64,000 bases of DNA from Polyangiaceae bacterium (GCA_044376115.1 JBILLK010000014.1:32001-96000); one strand, 5' to 3'; positions 29,053 to 39,766 are shown, counted from the stretch's first letter. Notes: generated by a model from the sequence alone, not told the origin. Numbers and translations: made by a program.

Positions 29053-30510
29053 ATGAATCGCAATTTGACCCTCGCCGAGACCATCGAGGTTGCCCGGCCC
29101 TTGAATGAGGTTTTTGCCTACATCGCGGACTTCTCGCACATCGAAGAGTGGGACCCTGCAGTAGCTCGTGGCAGCAGGGTCAACGACCAACCGCTCGGCG
29201 TCGGAAGTGAATTTCTGATCGAGCTGAAGCTCGGAATCGATTTGCACTATCGAGTGATCGATTGGGTTCCCGACCAACTGCTGCGCATGACGGTGACGTC
29301 CGTCGCCTTCTCGGCGCTGGAGACCCTCGAATTCGAGCGGATTCCAGGAGGGACGCAGGTTAAGTACACAGCAGAGTTCGAGTTCTCGATGGCCGCCGCA
29401 GCCATGGCCCAAGCGTTCCCGGGGATCATGGCTCAGGTAGGAGCGAGAACCGCCGCGGGGATGAAGAGAGCCCTCGAGGACCGCGAGAAAGCTCCGACGG
29501 CGTCTCGGAGCGTTGCAGTCGCTGACAAGTTGGTCCTACCGGGATTAGCCCGCTTCACGCGCTTTGGATACTGGCAGGCTCGCAGGCACTGGAAGCCCTT
29601 CTCGGCATTTCTACGCGACAAGCACATGGTCATCACCGGTGCCACATCGGGCTTGGGGCTAGCCACGGCGAGAGCGCTCGCTGCGCGCGGAGCTGCGCTC
29701 ACGCTGGTTGCACGGGATGAAGCCAAAGTCCTTCAGGTGGCCCTCGAGCTAAAACGAGCTACCGGGAACCAACAGATCAACGTCGAGATCGCTGAACTTA
29801 GTCTTATATCCGAGGTCGAAGCGCTCGCTGAGAGGCTCCTTGCGCGCAACCGCCCAATTGATGCGCTCATCAATAACGCGGGAGCGCTGATCGACCCCCG
29901 CAAGACTACTCGCGAGGGCTTGGAGCAGAGCTTCGCGTTGCTCCTGCTAAGTCCCTACGTACTCACAGAACGACTATTCCCACTGCTGAAAGCCGCGAAA
30001 GGGCGTGTCATCAACGTCCTCTCTGGAGGCATGTACTCACAACGAGTTTGCGTCGCTGACCTGCAAAGCAGCAAGCCTCCTTACTCAGGAGCGGTTAGCT
30101 ATGCGCGCGCGAAGCGTGGACTAATGATCATGACAGAGCTTTGGGCCGAGCGATGGCGCAGCAGCGGGATCGTGGTCAACGCCATGCACCCCGGCTGGGC
30201 CGACACGCCCGGGGTGGTGAGCTCGCTACCGCTTTTTTATCGCATTACGCAGCCCTTTCTTCGTAGTCCCGAACAAGGAGCAGATACGATCGTATGGCTC
30301 GCGGGCGCGACTGAAGCGGGCCAGGCAAGCGGCTGCTTCTGGCTCGACCGCGAGCAGCACCCGACTCACGTGTTTGCCCACACGAAGGAGAGCGACGAGG
30401 AGCGTACCGCCCTTGCTAATGAACTAAAGGCCTACGCCGATAGGCGTCATTCGAATCCGGCTACTGGGCCGGGGGATTTGTTGGGAAGCCCGGCAAGCCA
30501 CTTGGGATAG
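29053..30510 (+). CDS. SRPBCC/START domain fused to SDR oxidoreductase (DHRS12-like)
   Basis: VFAYIADFSHIEEWDP, then TGATSGLG, NNAG, YARAK, MHPGWADTPG. Confidence 0.88.
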   Translation: MNRNLTLAETIEVARPLNEVFAYIADFSHIEEWDPAVARGSRVNDQPLGVGSEFLIELKLGIDLHYRVIDWVPDQLLRMTVTSVAFSALETLEFERIPGGTQVKYTAEFEFSMAAAAMAQAFPGIMAQVGARTAAGMKRALEDREKAPTASRSVAVADKLVLPGLARFTRFGYWQARRHWKPFSAFLRDKHMVITGATSGLGLATARALAARGAALTLVARDEAKVLQVALELKRATGNQQINVEIAELSLISEVEALAERLLARNRPIDALINNAGALIDPRKTTREGLEQSFALLLLSPYVLTERLFPLLKAAKGRVINVLSGGMYSQRVCVADLQSSKPPYSGAVSYARAKRGLMIMTELWAERWRSSGIVVNAMHPGWADTPGVVSSLPLFYRITQPFLRSPEQGADTIVWLAGATEAGQASGCFWLDREQHPTHVFAHTKESDEERTALANELKAYADRRHSNPATGPGDLLGSPASHLG

Positions 30511-30748
30511 CCAAACCCGAAGGGATAGGTAGACCGCTGGGCACCGGAATTCCGAAGATGCTTGGCTGCGTCGCAGTGGCAGGCGCCGTAGCCGTGGTAT
30601 AGGGAGTCGTGGGCGCGGGATACGTGGCGGTGGGGGCCGTCGCTGTATAGCCGGGATTGGGATACTGAGCGTCGGGCTTGTCGCTGCAGGCGGCGGTGGC
30701 AATTCCAAGGACGGAAACGACGACGATCGATGAGACGAAAAGGCGCAT
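30461..30748 (-). CDS. Small Pro/Thr-rich lipoprotein
   Basis: Hydrophobic signal ending TAAC; low-complexity PTAT and repeated PSGL segments. Confidence 0.65.
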   Translation of the reverse strand: MRLFVSSIVVVSVLGIATAACSDKPDAQYPNPGYTATAPTATYPAPTTPYTTATAPATATQPSIFGIPVPSGLPIPSGLAIPSGLPGFPTNPPAQ

Positions 30749-30804
30749 GTACAAAGAACGGAGCGCCGCACATGCGCCTTACACCCTGACAAGCCTGGCG
30801 AAGC

Positions 30805-32097
30805 TCACCGGTACATCCGGTCGATTCGGGCCTCGGGAGATCCTCGGTCGAGCAACAAAAGCGCCACGTAAAACAGCCACTCCGCCGGCTTCATCGCCAG
30901 GTACACGAAGTCGGCCAACCAACGCCAGCGAAGGTATCGGCTCACGGGGAGCCCCAAGCGGTCATAGACCCGCCGCGCCAGCCGACCAAACCGCGGCCAG
31001 CGTTCGTGCAAAAGATCTTCAAACGCGTTTGCCGTTGCAAGCTGCCGATTCACCACGATCACCAGCCCGCCGCGCTGCCCAAAACGTTCCGGCCTCACGA
31101 GCCAATCATGACCTCGGGCGGCCACGGTACATAAGTAATGGCAATTGACGGTGACCGTCTCGATTGGAAGCGTCGAGAGGGTGTGACCACAAGTCTGTGT
31201 AAACACCTCGAGAGCAGCCCCCGAGCGGCCAGTCGCAGCGGCGTGAACGACAAAATACAGCCCAATTAGCGCAGGCGCTCCCACAATGGCTCGCTTGAGC
31301 AGCCCTCGATGCACCACGAGTGGCACTTCGACGAGAGCTGGCGGCGGAGCAGCACCACGGTAGACCGGTTGCTCCGGGTTGGCGTTCCGCTGCAAAAGCT
31401 CCTGCTCGAGAGACTCCCGTCCACGACGCCGCAAGCGCTGCAACAATTCGACACCTAGAAAGAAAAGAGAGAGCACCGGTGTGAGCGTGGGAATGAAAAG
31501 CGGCGGAAAGAGAAAGCCAGCCAAGATCCACGGGCCAAACTGGACCGCCACTGTGATGTTTAGCAGCATGCCCAAGAGCAGAGTCGAAAGCACCGCGAGC
31601 TCAGTCCAAGGGCGCAAGGCCTCCGGCCGCTTCTTCGACACAGCATAAGCCAACACCACGATGAGATGCAGCACAACGAGGCCAAGAATGCCGGATGCCG
31701 CGAACGGTCGGTGAACATTGCCCGCGTCGTCACAGGAGTATTGAATGCAGCTGTCTCGTGCTAACCCAAAGGCGTAAAAGAGTCCCCAGATGGGCAGCAA
31801 GCCAAACACCAAAACGTCGGCTGCCGCCTGAAACGGATGTGCTCCGCGCGCCCGGATCCTCTTGTGAGCTTTCACCAACAGCAGCAGCAACACACTGGCA
31901 GCTGCAATACCCAGCAACGCTCCCATCGCGGGTTGGACGGCCAGAACGAGCAGCGACACGAGTGTCAGTGGAGGACTGACGTAGCCAACGACAATCAAGA
32001 GCGAGAGCGAGGCTGCATGAAGCCAGGTTGTTCGCGGACCTTCGAGGTCTGGCGCGGACTCGTGCTCAGCTACTCGAGGACCTTCATCATGGGTCAT
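30805..32097 (-). CDS. DUF6688-family membrane protein
   Basis: Multi-TM N-half, then HYLCTVAARGH, VNRQLATANAFE, YLAMKPAEW. Confidence 0.8.
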   Translation of the reverse strand: MTHDEGPRVAEHESAPDLEGPRTTWLHAASLSLLIVVGYVSPPLTLVSLLVLAVQPAMGALLGIAAASVLLLLLVKAHKRIRARGAHPFQAAADVLVFGLLPIWGLFYAFGLARDSCIQYSCDDAGNVHRPFAASGILGLVVLHLIVVLAYAVSKKRPEALRPWTELAVLSTLLLGMLLNITVAVQFGPWILAGFLFPPLFIPTLTPVLSLFFLGVELLQRLRRRGRESLEQELLQRNANPEQPVYRGAAPPPALVEVPLVVHRGLLKRAIVGAPALIGLYFVVHAAATGRSGAALEVFTQTCGHTLSTLPIETVTVNCHYLCTVAARGHDWLVRPERFGQRGGLVIVVNRQLATANAFEDLLHERWPRFGRLARRVYDRLGLPVSRYLRWRWLADFVYLAMKPAEWLFYVALLLLDRGSPEARIDRMYR

Positions 32098-32136
32098 GGT
32101 GACAGTATGGGCCGCCCGGCCGATGAGGATATGGAT

Positions 32137-33456
32137 TTACCGTGGAGACTCCTGTGTGGTCTCAAGGATGGCGGCCTCGAGAATCACGAGAAGTTCATCG
32201 AGTGTTCCTTTATCCACATTGAGCGGCGGTGCGATGTAAACCGTATCGCCGAGCGGCCGCAGATAGGCCCCCAACCGCAACGCTGCCTCGTAGACCTTGG
32301 GCCCGACCTTACCTCGATAGCCTGAAGCTCCGAGGTCTGCTGCTCCTACCATCCCAAGCGACCTGACGCGACGAACACCGGGGAGCCGCGCAATCCGCTC
32401 CTGGAAGAAGCGCTCGATCGTTTTCGCGCGCGTTGCCACTCCCGTAAGGATCGGCTCGTCGCGATAGATCGCCAGAACTTCCCGGGCGACCGCGGCGCCA
32501 AGGGCGTGACCACAAAAGGTGTGTCCGTGCATCAGCGCGCGCTCATCTCCGCCGCGAAAGCCGTCGTAAACCCGGCTGGTCGCCATCGTCGCCGCCATCG
32601 GCAACATACCTGCGGTGAAGCCTTTCCCGAGACAGAGCAAGTCCGGGGTTACCCCAGCCTGATCCACAGCCCACATGGTACCTGTGCGGCCGTAACCGGT
32701 GAAGACTTCATCGGCAATTAGGAAGGTATCGACCTGCTGCGTCAGCTCACGCAAGCGAGTCACAACTTCGGGCGGATGGATCTGCATACCTGAGGCGCCT
32801 TGAATCAATGGCTCAATAACCACCCCCGCGATCTCATCTGGCCTCGTAAGCAGCTGATGCTCTATCGCAGACAGCACCTTGTCCCAGCCGGCGCTAACAT
32901 CGGGCGGGCGAACAATCTCAAACAAAAGCGGCCCGTACACCCGATTGAATTCCTCGATCGAGGCAAGGCTGGCGGCGCCAAGGGTATCCCCGTGGTACGC
33001 GCCTGATAGAGCTATAAAGCGATGGCGATTGGGTCTGCCGTTTTGCTGCCAATACTGAAAGGCGATCTTCACCGCTACTTCCACAGCAGTGCTGCCGTTA
33101 TCGCTAAAATGGGTACGAATGAGTCCTGCCGGAGCCACCTCGGCAAGTTCACTAGCCAGCAACGCGATAGGGGCGTGCGTCATGCCCCCAGCCGCGACAT
33201 GGATCAGTTCCTCGAGCTGACGATGCATGGCCGTACGAAGCCGAGGCGGATTGTGTCCAAGCGTCCGGCACCACCATGAGGAGACGCCATCGATATAGCG
33301 TTTACCGTCGGCGTCGTGGACGTGGTCCCCTTCCGCAGACACGATGACGAGCGGCTGCCTACTCTCGTGGACCTCGCTCGAGGTGTAAGGCGGCCAGATG
33401 AACCGCTTCTCGAGCGAGACGATGTCCTCGCGCGAAACGAATGCAGGAAGTCTCAT
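32137..33456 (-). CDS. bioA: Adenosylmethionine-8-amino-7-oxononanoate aminotransferase
   Basis: IWPPYT, DGVSSWW, SDNGSTAVEVAVK, YHGDT, IADEVFTGYGRTG, LGKG, HGHTF, LRPLGD. Confidence 0.92.
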   Translation of the reverse strand: MRLPAFVSREDIVSLEKRFIWPPYTSSEVHESRQPLVIVSAEGDHVHDADGKRYIDGVSSWWCRTLGHNPPRLRTAMHRQLEELIHVAAGGMTHAPIALLASELAEVAPAGLIRTHFSDNGSTAVEVAVKIAFQYWQQNGRPNRHRFIALSGAYHGDTLGAASLASIEEFNRVYGPLLFEIVRPPDVSAGWDKVLSAIEHQLLTRPDEIAGVVIEPLIQGASGMQIHPPEVVTRLRELTQQVDTFLIADEVFTGYGRTGTMWAVDQAGVTPDLLCLGKGFTAGMLPMAATMATSRVYDGFRGGDERALMHGHTFCGHALGAAVAREVLAIYRDEPILTGVATRAKTIERFFQERIARLPGVRRVRSLGMVGAADLGASGYRGKVGPKVYEAALRLGAYLRPLGDTVYIAPPLNVDKGTLDELLVILEAAILETTQESPR

Positions 33457-33463
33457 GGGTGAC

Positions 33464-34402
33464 TCAGAGCAGCCCGCCAAAGCCCTCACCTGTGAGCTCG
33501 ACTGAACGCGCCCACAACGCTCGCGCTGGCTCAACCTCGAGCGCCCGCTTGGCTGGCGTTACCAGTGCGGCGTCCCCCGCCATCTCCATGAATCCAGCCG
33601 GTCCATAGTATTCCCCCGCCTGAGCGGCTGGGTCGGTCAGCGCTCGCAGCTCAGGAAGCGCACCGCGTTCTTGAGACTGGGCCAAGAGCGAGTTGCCCGA
33701 CTTCATCATCCACTCGCCGAATGAAGACCCCGATAGGCGGGGACCCTTGGTTTGTAGCTCGGTGGCCGCGTAGCCCGGGTGGGCTGCTAGCGAAAGGACG
33801 TCGAGCTGCTTTGCTTTTATCCTTCTATCGAGTTCGAACGTGAAGAGCAGGTTGGCGAGCTTGCTTTGACCGTAGGCGAGCCACTTGTCATAGCGTCGCC
33901 GCTGAAAGAAGAGATCGTCGATTACTACCGTTCCGAACTTGTGCACGAGGCTCGAGACGGTGACGACTCTGGCGTTACCCGCCCGTAGCAGCAGGGGAAA
34001 GACAAGACTCGTGAGCGCAAAGTGACCCAAATGATTGGTACCGAGCTGCATCTCGAAACCGTCTTTGGTGGATGAACGTGGCAACGCCATCAAGCCGGCA
34101 TTATTGATTAGACCATCGAGGCGTTCCGTCCGTTCGGCCAGCTGCTGCGAAGCGGCCCGCAAACTCGAAAGGTCTGCGAGATCCATCGGCAAGAGCTCGA
34201 GTTCTGCGCCTGGAACCTCCGAGCGAATCTTAGCGATGGCCTCGTCTCCCTTGGCTTGGTTGCGACAGCCTAGAAAAACGTGCGCGCCCTTTCTTGCCAA
34301 TGCGCGGGTGGCTTCGTAGCCCAAACCGCTGTTTGCGCCGGTTATGAGGTAGGACTTGCCCGTTTGATTAGGAACGGAATCAGAGGAATGCCATCCGGTC
34401 AT
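33464..34402 (-). CDS. SDR oxidoreductase (retinol dehydrogenase-like)
   Basis: TGANSGLG, NNAG, TNHLGHF, YGQSK, AHPG. Confidence 0.92.
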   Translation of the reverse strand: MTGWHSSDSVPNQTGKSYLITGANSGLGYEATRALARKGAHVFLGCRNQAKGDEAIAKIRSEVPGAELELLPMDLADLSSLRAASQQLAERTERLDGLINNAGLMALPRSSTKDGFEMQLGTNHLGHFALTSLVFPLLLRAGNARVVTVSSLVHKFGTVVIDDLFFQRRRYDKWLAYGQSKLANLLFTFELDRRIKAKQLDVLSLAAHPGYAATELQTKGPRLSGSSFGEWMMKSGNSLLAQSQERGALPELRALTDPAAQAGEYYGPAGFMEMAGDAALVTPAKRALEVEPARALWARSVELTGEGFGGLL

Positions 34403-34496
34403 GCCCCATCGGTAGCCCAACTTGCTTGCGGTTCAAAGCACCCGCATGCGTTTCCTAAGGCCGGCGCTCCGCTCGTTGCCTTGCGGCGCAAAGACG

Positions 34497-36977
34497 TCAA
34501 TGAAGCGCTTGAGATGAATCAGAGAGAATACGCAGCGAGCCACGGACTACGCCATAGCTACTCTCCGCACGGAGACGACGGTAGATCTCGGCGCCCGTAG
34601 CTTTTCCATCGAGCAACTCTCGATAGGCGGATACAACCTTTACCGTATCAGCTTCACTTTCGCGAACGAGCTCCACACGAAATCTACGAACCCCCGACGA
34701 TTGCAGCTCGGGGACAAGGGACGCTGCCGACTGCGGACTCGCGTGAAACACCGTATTGCGGCAACCGACGTCGGCAATCACGGGATGTTCGATGCCGGCG
34801 CGGTCTCGGAGAGAGAGAGCATGCCGCTCACAGGGACGCCCACAATCTCTGTGGTCCTTGCCGGTGGATAGCTCCCTAGCGAACACGCAATGCTCCATAT
34901 GGAAGAGCGGCATCGGATGGTGAACCACTACTTCAGCGTAGGCGGCAAAGCCGGCCTTTAGCAGCGCCACGAGTTGGCCCGAGTCGAGATCAAAGGCCGG
35001 GGTGAAGGCAGAAAGCCCTCGGCTCAGGAGTTCTCGGACTGAGAGTTGGTTGGTTGCGTTGAGCGAAAAGTCGCCCACGCGTACGAGCGTAGAGTGCGCC
35101 GCCGCCTCACGCAGCGCGCCGAGACCACGGATGAGCATTCCGTCGGGGTTTAGCCCAGACAAATAATGGTCTATCTTCTCTTCGCCGGGCTTCCGAATTC
35201 GCGGGGGCGCGACGCCAATGAACCCCGGGCCTTCGGCGCGCAGTGAGCGGACCGCAGCACCGGTTCCCTGCAGCTCGAGAATATCTAACCATACGCCATC
35301 TGCTCCGGCCGCACGGGCAGCCCGCGCCTGCTCGAGCGAGCGACAAAGTACATAGAGACCAGGCGTTGCGCTCGGCGGATTGGGAAAGGGGCGCGCCGCC
35401 AACTCCGCCGCGCTTATCGAGGTAGTGGCCCAAGAGCGCGAGCGGCGAGCCAGTAGCTCTACCGCGAGGGCACGTCGAAGCCGATTCAAGGCGGCCGGTG
35501 GCACCATAGGCTCCCCAATCAACTCCAGCTTGAGGTCCGCCAAGGAAAAGGGGGTATCCCCGAGTCGGCCAAGCTTCTCGCGAATGAGGGACTCTGTTGC
35601 AGCGCCATGAAGCGCCTTCTCGATGGGTGCGTCTCCGATGACGCTCGCCTCGACGCCATCCGCAAGGCTGCCTCGCAATCGCAAAGGCTCGCCAACGGTT
35701 GCGTGCAGAACCATGTTTACAGGCGTTTTCGCGGGCGGCGCCGAAGCCAACGCCAGCGCCTCCTTCTCCGAAGTCGGGTCGTCAGAGAGAAACACGCGAC
35801 GGCCAGCAACTACCGCGCTCGGCGGCAAGCTGCGGTCAGGTCCCAACCATACGAGCGAGTGCTCTCCCTGGTTCTGGCAAAGCCATACACGACCGCCCAC
35901 CTCCCCCGCGCCGGCTCGCCCCCCTTCAACCAAAAGGCCGTGTCCGGGCTCTATTGGTTTGGCCTGCTCGATTACCAACCAACGCTTGCCAGCCTCCGAT
36001 TTCACACCGGTACAGACGCCCATCAACGTCCCCCGATGATCACAAGAACGCCCCTCCACGAGTTGCTGGTGGTCAATCCCGGCGAGGAACCCTGGGCCCG
36101 AACCGCGGCTAAACGTTGCCAACGCCAGCGCCCGATCATGATCGCTGGGAGCGTCGGTTGCTCCATCGAGAGCGTCCACGGCACGGCGGTATAGCGCCGT
36201 GGTGGAAGCAACATACGCGGGGCCCTTCAACCGCCCCTCGATCTTGAGGCTTGCTACCCCTAGCTCGGCGAGCCGGGGGACAAGCTCGCTTGCCTCGAGA
36301 TCCTGTGGGGATAAAAGGAACGCCCGGTCCTGCGTGTCATGCAATTGCCCATCGACCAACAGATCGTACGGCAGTCGGCAGGCCTGTGCGCAGGCACCGC
36401 GATTCGCGCTGCGACCGCCGATCGCCTCACTGGTAAGGCATTGGCCCGAATAAGCAACGCACAGCGCACCGTGGACGAAGACCTCGAGTTCAACCGAAGT
36501 GCGCTGCTTGATGGCTTCGATATCGTGCAGCGACAGTTCCCGCGCAAGAATGACGCGACTTGCACCAAGCTCCCGGGCCAACTCCACGGAGTCAGCATCA
36601 GTGCAGGTCATTTGGGTAGACGCGTGAATTGGTAACTCGGGCGCGATAGCGTGAATGAGCCGTGCGACGCCGAGGTCCTGAACGATGACTGCATCCACAC
36701 CAGCGCGCGCACAGCGACGGATGGAGGCCTCCAGCGCTGGTAGTTCACTGTCGAATACCAACGTATTGAGCGCTACATAGCCTTTGCGCCCGTGTCGGTG
36801 GAGGGTCTCGATTGCGCGCTCAAGAGCGTCCTCTCCGAAGTTGGTCGCGCGTGCACGCGCACTGAAGGCCGTAAGTCCGAGGTAGACTGCGTCAGCACCC
36901 GCCGCAATCGCCGCAAGAAGGGACTCCTCATCGCCTGCCGGGGCCAATATCTCGGGTCGTCGCATGGTCATCGGCAT
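34497..36977 (-). CDS. rlhA: U32-family Fe-S hydroxylase with DUF3656, RlhA-like (23S rRNA hydroxylation)
   Basis: EILAPAG, HASTQM, FVHGALCVAYSGQC, SANRGACAQACR, LKIEGR; long C-terminal region with HCVF...CGRPC. Confidence 0.8.
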   Translation of the reverse strand: MPMTMRRPEILAPAGDEESLLAAIAAGADAVYLGLTAFSARARATNFGEDALERAIETLHRHGRKGYVALNTLVFDSELPALEASIRRCARAGVDAVIVQDLGVARLIHAIAPELPIHASTQMTCTDADSVELARELGASRVILARELSLHDIEAIKQRTSVELEVFVHGALCVAYSGQCLTSEAIGGRSANRGACAQACRLPYDLLVDGQLHDTQDRAFLLSPQDLEASELVPRLAELGVASLKIEGRLKGPAYVASTTALYRRAVDALDGATDAPSDHDRALALATFSRGSGPGFLAGIDHQQLVEGRSCDHRGTLMGVCTGVKSEAGKRWLVIEQAKPIEPGHGLLVEGGRAGAGEVGGRVWLCQNQGEHSLVWLGPDRSLPPSAVVAGRRVFLSDDPTSEKEALALASAPPAKTPVNMVLHATVGEPLRLRGSLADGVEASVIGDAPIEKALHGAATESLIREKLGRLGDTPFSLADLKLELIGEPMVPPAALNRLRRALAVELLARRSRSWATTSISAAELAARPFPNPPSATPGLYVLCRSLEQARAARAAGADGVWLDILELQGTGAAVRSLRAEGPGFIGVAPPRIRKPGEEKIDHYLSGLNPDGMLIRGLGALREAAAHSTLVRVGDFSLNATNQLSVRELLSRGLSAFTPAFDLDSGQLVALLKAGFAAYAEVVVHHPMPLFHMEHCVFARELSTGKDHRDCGRPCERHALSLRDRAGIEHPVIADVGCRNTVFHASPQSAASLVPELQSSGVRRFRVELVRESEADTVKVVSAYRELLDGKATGAEIYRRLRAESSYGVVRGSLRILSDSSQALH

Positions 36978-36980
36978 TGG

Positions 36981-37277
36981 CTAGCCCTTAGTCGGGCCGC
37001 CGTCACCCTCGAAGATCGACTGAACGTGAGCTCGACTGGGAGCCAGCAACGCGCCGAGTACGGCCAGCGCAACTTCGGTTGGCACCGCGTGCTCCTCGGC
37101 CGCCTTCCGCCAATGTTCTTGGAGTGCGTGCTCCCGCTCCAGATCCACCGCCGGCAGGCCAAGGGATTGCTTGCTCTTGGCAACGAGGGCGACGATGCGT
37201 CTGCGTTCCGCCAACAGGGCGATGATCTGGCGATCGACGGCATCGATGGCCAGGCGCCCGTCCTGGAGCGGGCTCAC
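36981..37277 (-). CDS. Stand-alone chorismate mutase (AroQ type)
   Basis: GRLAIDAVDRQIIALLAERRRIV..VAKSK....DLERE. GTG overlaps the upstream stop (GTGA). Confidence 0.85.
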   Translation of the reverse strand: MSPLQDGRLAIDAVDRQIIALLAERRRIVALVAKSKQSLGLPAVDLEREHALQEHWRKAAEEHAVPTEVALAVLGALLAPSRAHVQSIFEGDGGPTKG

Positions 37278-38332
37278 GGCAACCCCGGCACGTTGAGTTG
37301 TACACGGTAGAGGCTCGTGCGCGCGGTGATGAATAGCTCTCGGCGACCTTCCCCGCCGAACGTGCAATTGGCTGGCTGCTCAGGGACGGCTAGCGTTCCC
37401 CAAGCGGTACCGTCCGCTCGATAGACCTCCACGCCGGCCGACGTCGTTAGGTAGAGATTGCCAGCGTCATCGACGGCCATGCCATCGGAAGGCGGTGCGT
37501 CGATCAGCAGACTTCGCGCTCCGGTAGAGCCATCCGGAGCGACGTCATAGACGAATAGGCCGCCGTCCTGAGAATCACTGACATATAGTTTGGATTCGTC
37601 GGGAGATAGCGCGATTCCGTTGGGCTGACCGTACTCGTCTCCAACGAGGGAGACGCCGCCCGAGGTATCGACGCGATAGACCCCTCGCCAGGGGATCTCT
37701 TGTGAGCCGCCACCCAGACCATAGGTTGGGTCTGTAAAATACATTTGACCGTCACTGCGCACGATGACGTCATTCGGGGAGTTGAACGCCATACCCATGT
37801 AGTTTGTGGCAACATCGGTAACGTTGGGTGCCCCGGCCGCCGAGGATCGAGAGACGCGACGAGCAGCATGTTCGCACATGATGATGTCACCGTTGGGTGC
37901 GAGCCCGTTGCCATTGGTTTGATTGGAAGGTTCACGCCAAACCGTTGAGTTGCCGGTAGCTGGGTCAAGCTCCAGTATTTGGCTTGCCGGTATGTCGCTG
38001 AACCGTAAGACACCAAGCGCTGGGAGCCAAACCGTCCCCTCGGTGAATTGAAAGTCGCCAAGCGCGAGCGTAACCGCGGGCACGTCGGCGAGTGGGTCAA
38101 CGAGAGTTAGGTCGCCGCCTGCCCCGCCCTCACCACCTTGAACCGCGCCACCTTCACCAGCCCCGCCTTGGGAAATGGCCCCTGAGCCTCCTGAACCGCC
38201 CGAGTTGACGGAACCGCCTCCGCCGTCAGCTGCGCCGCCCGCCGAACTCGAAGCGTCATCCGCACAGCCAATGAACGATAGGTAGCCTAGGCCAAGCGAC
38301 AATGCGCACGACCCTCTCCAAGACATCAACAT
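37274..38332 (-). CDS. SMP-30/gluconolactonase-family lipoprotein
   Basis: Lipobox FIGC; FTEGTVW, FSDIP, FNSPND, PNGIALSPD, DGMAVD, ANCTFGG. Confidence 0.88.
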   Translation of the reverse strand: MLMSWRGSCALSLGLGYLSFIGCADDASSSAGGAADGGGGSVNSGGSGGSGAISQGGAGEGGAVQGGEGGAGGDLTLVDPLADVPAVTLALGDFQFTEGTVWLPALGVLRFSDIPASQILELDPATGNSTVWREPSNQTNGNGLAPNGDIIMCEHAARRVSRSSAAGAPNVTDVATNYMGMAFNSPNDVIVRSDGQMYFTDPTYGLGGGSQEIPWRGVYRVDTSGGVSLVGDEYGQPNGIALSPDESKLYVSDSQDGGLFVYDVAPDGSTGARSLLIDAPPSDGMAVDDAGNLYLTTSAGVEVYRADGTAWGTLAVPEQPANCTFGGEGRRELFITARTSLYRVQLNVPGLP

Positions 38333-38371
38333 AGTAACATTTGCGCCCAGTCGCCGCCGTGGGTCAAGCAA

Positions 38372-39766
38372 CTACTCGACAATAGCGCGGCTTAGCTTCT
38401 CACACGATGGACCGAACAAGGTGAGCGCTTTGGTCCGGTCGCCACGCGCACATTGGTTGGGCGGACCGCCACCCGTGGCCAAGCAGACGCCGTGCACCAC
38501 ACCGTCGAAGCGAGCAAAGAGCCCTGGAGCTCTTGCGTCCTCCGCAGTCGTAGGGATCGCAATGAAGTCTATTCGTTGGTCAGCAAGCCGCAGCTCGACC
38601 ATACCCAACGTCGCATTGGCGATCGGAACTCCGCTGATCTGTCCGGTCTCACTTGGATACAGTTCAATCGGATACACGATCTCAAGAGCGCCGCCTTCCG
38701 GTTTGGGGAATCGCAGACGCGAAAACTCGCTCTCCACACAGCGCCCCAGAGCTTCGGAGAGCGTGCCACTCCTTACGTTCTTGACCCGTGCAGTCGTACC
38801 GTCCGCGAGGATTGTAAAGGTCAGGCTAATGCGACCTGCGGACGCTGGTGCGGTTGCAAGGTCTTCAGCGTGGCAACGCTTGATTGCGGCATTCTGGCTG
38901 CGTACGGTGCGTTGAATGACCTCTGGGGCCAGCCAGCCACCGGTTCGCGGGGGTGGATACCGAAGCGGGGCCTTCGCCAGCTCTGAAGCTGGCGCCTGTG
39001 CCGACTCTACTGGCAAGTAGTTTTTACTCTCCTGGAGGTCGGCCTTGGGTACGAGCAGCACGCTTATCGCATAGTCATAGGGATTCTTCGGCCAGTCGAC
39101 GCGCCGCAAGTGCCGCTCAAAGCACGCCCCAATGAACTTGTCCGCGAGCGTGGAGGCAGCTCTCGGCCGGCCCTCTGGTGAAACGCGGAGGACGATCCAC
39201 GCTTCCTTCGTCACGTGGGGAAGCGCGCCAAAAGCGCAGCGTTCGAGGTCGCCTTGAACAGAGGCCAGGCCGGCGCCGAACGCTTTAGCATCAAGCGGTT
39301 GCGGCGTGTTCCAGTCGAAGGCGGCTAGTTGGCTATCGAGGCCAGGTCCAACCGGCGCACCAATGCGCTTCCCCGTTAGCGACACTTCGTAGCCGACCCA
39401 ACCCTCTCCCGATGAGGTCCGCGCCGCTTTCTCGAACGGGCCCGAAACGCAAGCCGCCAACGGATGCTGACGCAAGCTGCCAGTCAGTTCCGGAGCGACA
39501 TGTCTGCCAACGTTCGTCCTGAGCTGCAGCGTGCCTGCGAGCGTTGGATCGCGGGCCAGGACGGGAGCCAAGCAATCGGCAACCTCGGAGCTGACGCTGC
39601 GACTTAGCGCGACCGCCCCCGGATAGCTTCCGCTCACCGTCTCGTGAACACCAAGCGACTCGACGAGCGAGGCGGGGAGTTCTGCAGTAGCAGGCGAACG
39701 CAAAGGCTCGTTGAGGGCAGGCGCCGTACAATGAAGAGGCGCCAACAGCGCGAGCAGTTTGGCCAT
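38372..39766 (-). CDS. AgmX/PglI C-terminal (TonB_C-like) domain protein
   Basis: LAPEVIQRTVR...IKRCH...GRISLTFTI..DG...CV...LRFPKPEGG..IVYP, with apparent degenerate upstream copies. Confidence 0.7.
   Translation of the reverse strand: MAKLLALLAPLHCTAPALNEPLRSPATAELPASLVESLGVHETVSGSYPGAVALSRSVSSEVADCLAPVLARDPTLAGTLQLRTNVGRHVAPELTGSLRQHPLAACVSGPFEKAARTSSGEGWVGYEVSLTGKRIGAPVGPGLDSQLAAFDWNTPQPLDAKAFGAGLASVQGDLERCAFGALPHVTKEAWIVLRVSPEGRPRAASTLADKFIGACFERHLRRVDWPKNPYDYAISVLLVPKADLQESKNYLPVESAQAPASELAKAPLRYPPPRTGGWLAPEVIQRTVRSQNAAIKRCHAEDLATAPASAGRISLTFTILADGTTARVKNVRSGTLSEALGRCVESEFSRLRFPKPEGGALEIVYPIELYPSETGQISGVPIANATLGMVELRLADQRIDFIAIPTTAEDARAPGLFARFDGVVHGVCLATGGGPPNQCARGDRTKALTLFGPSCEKLSRAIVE

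Noticed and set aside
30461..30510. 50-bp convergent overlap as an antisense system
   Set aside because: It involves only the low-complexity tails of two genes, which is common in GC-rich genomes.
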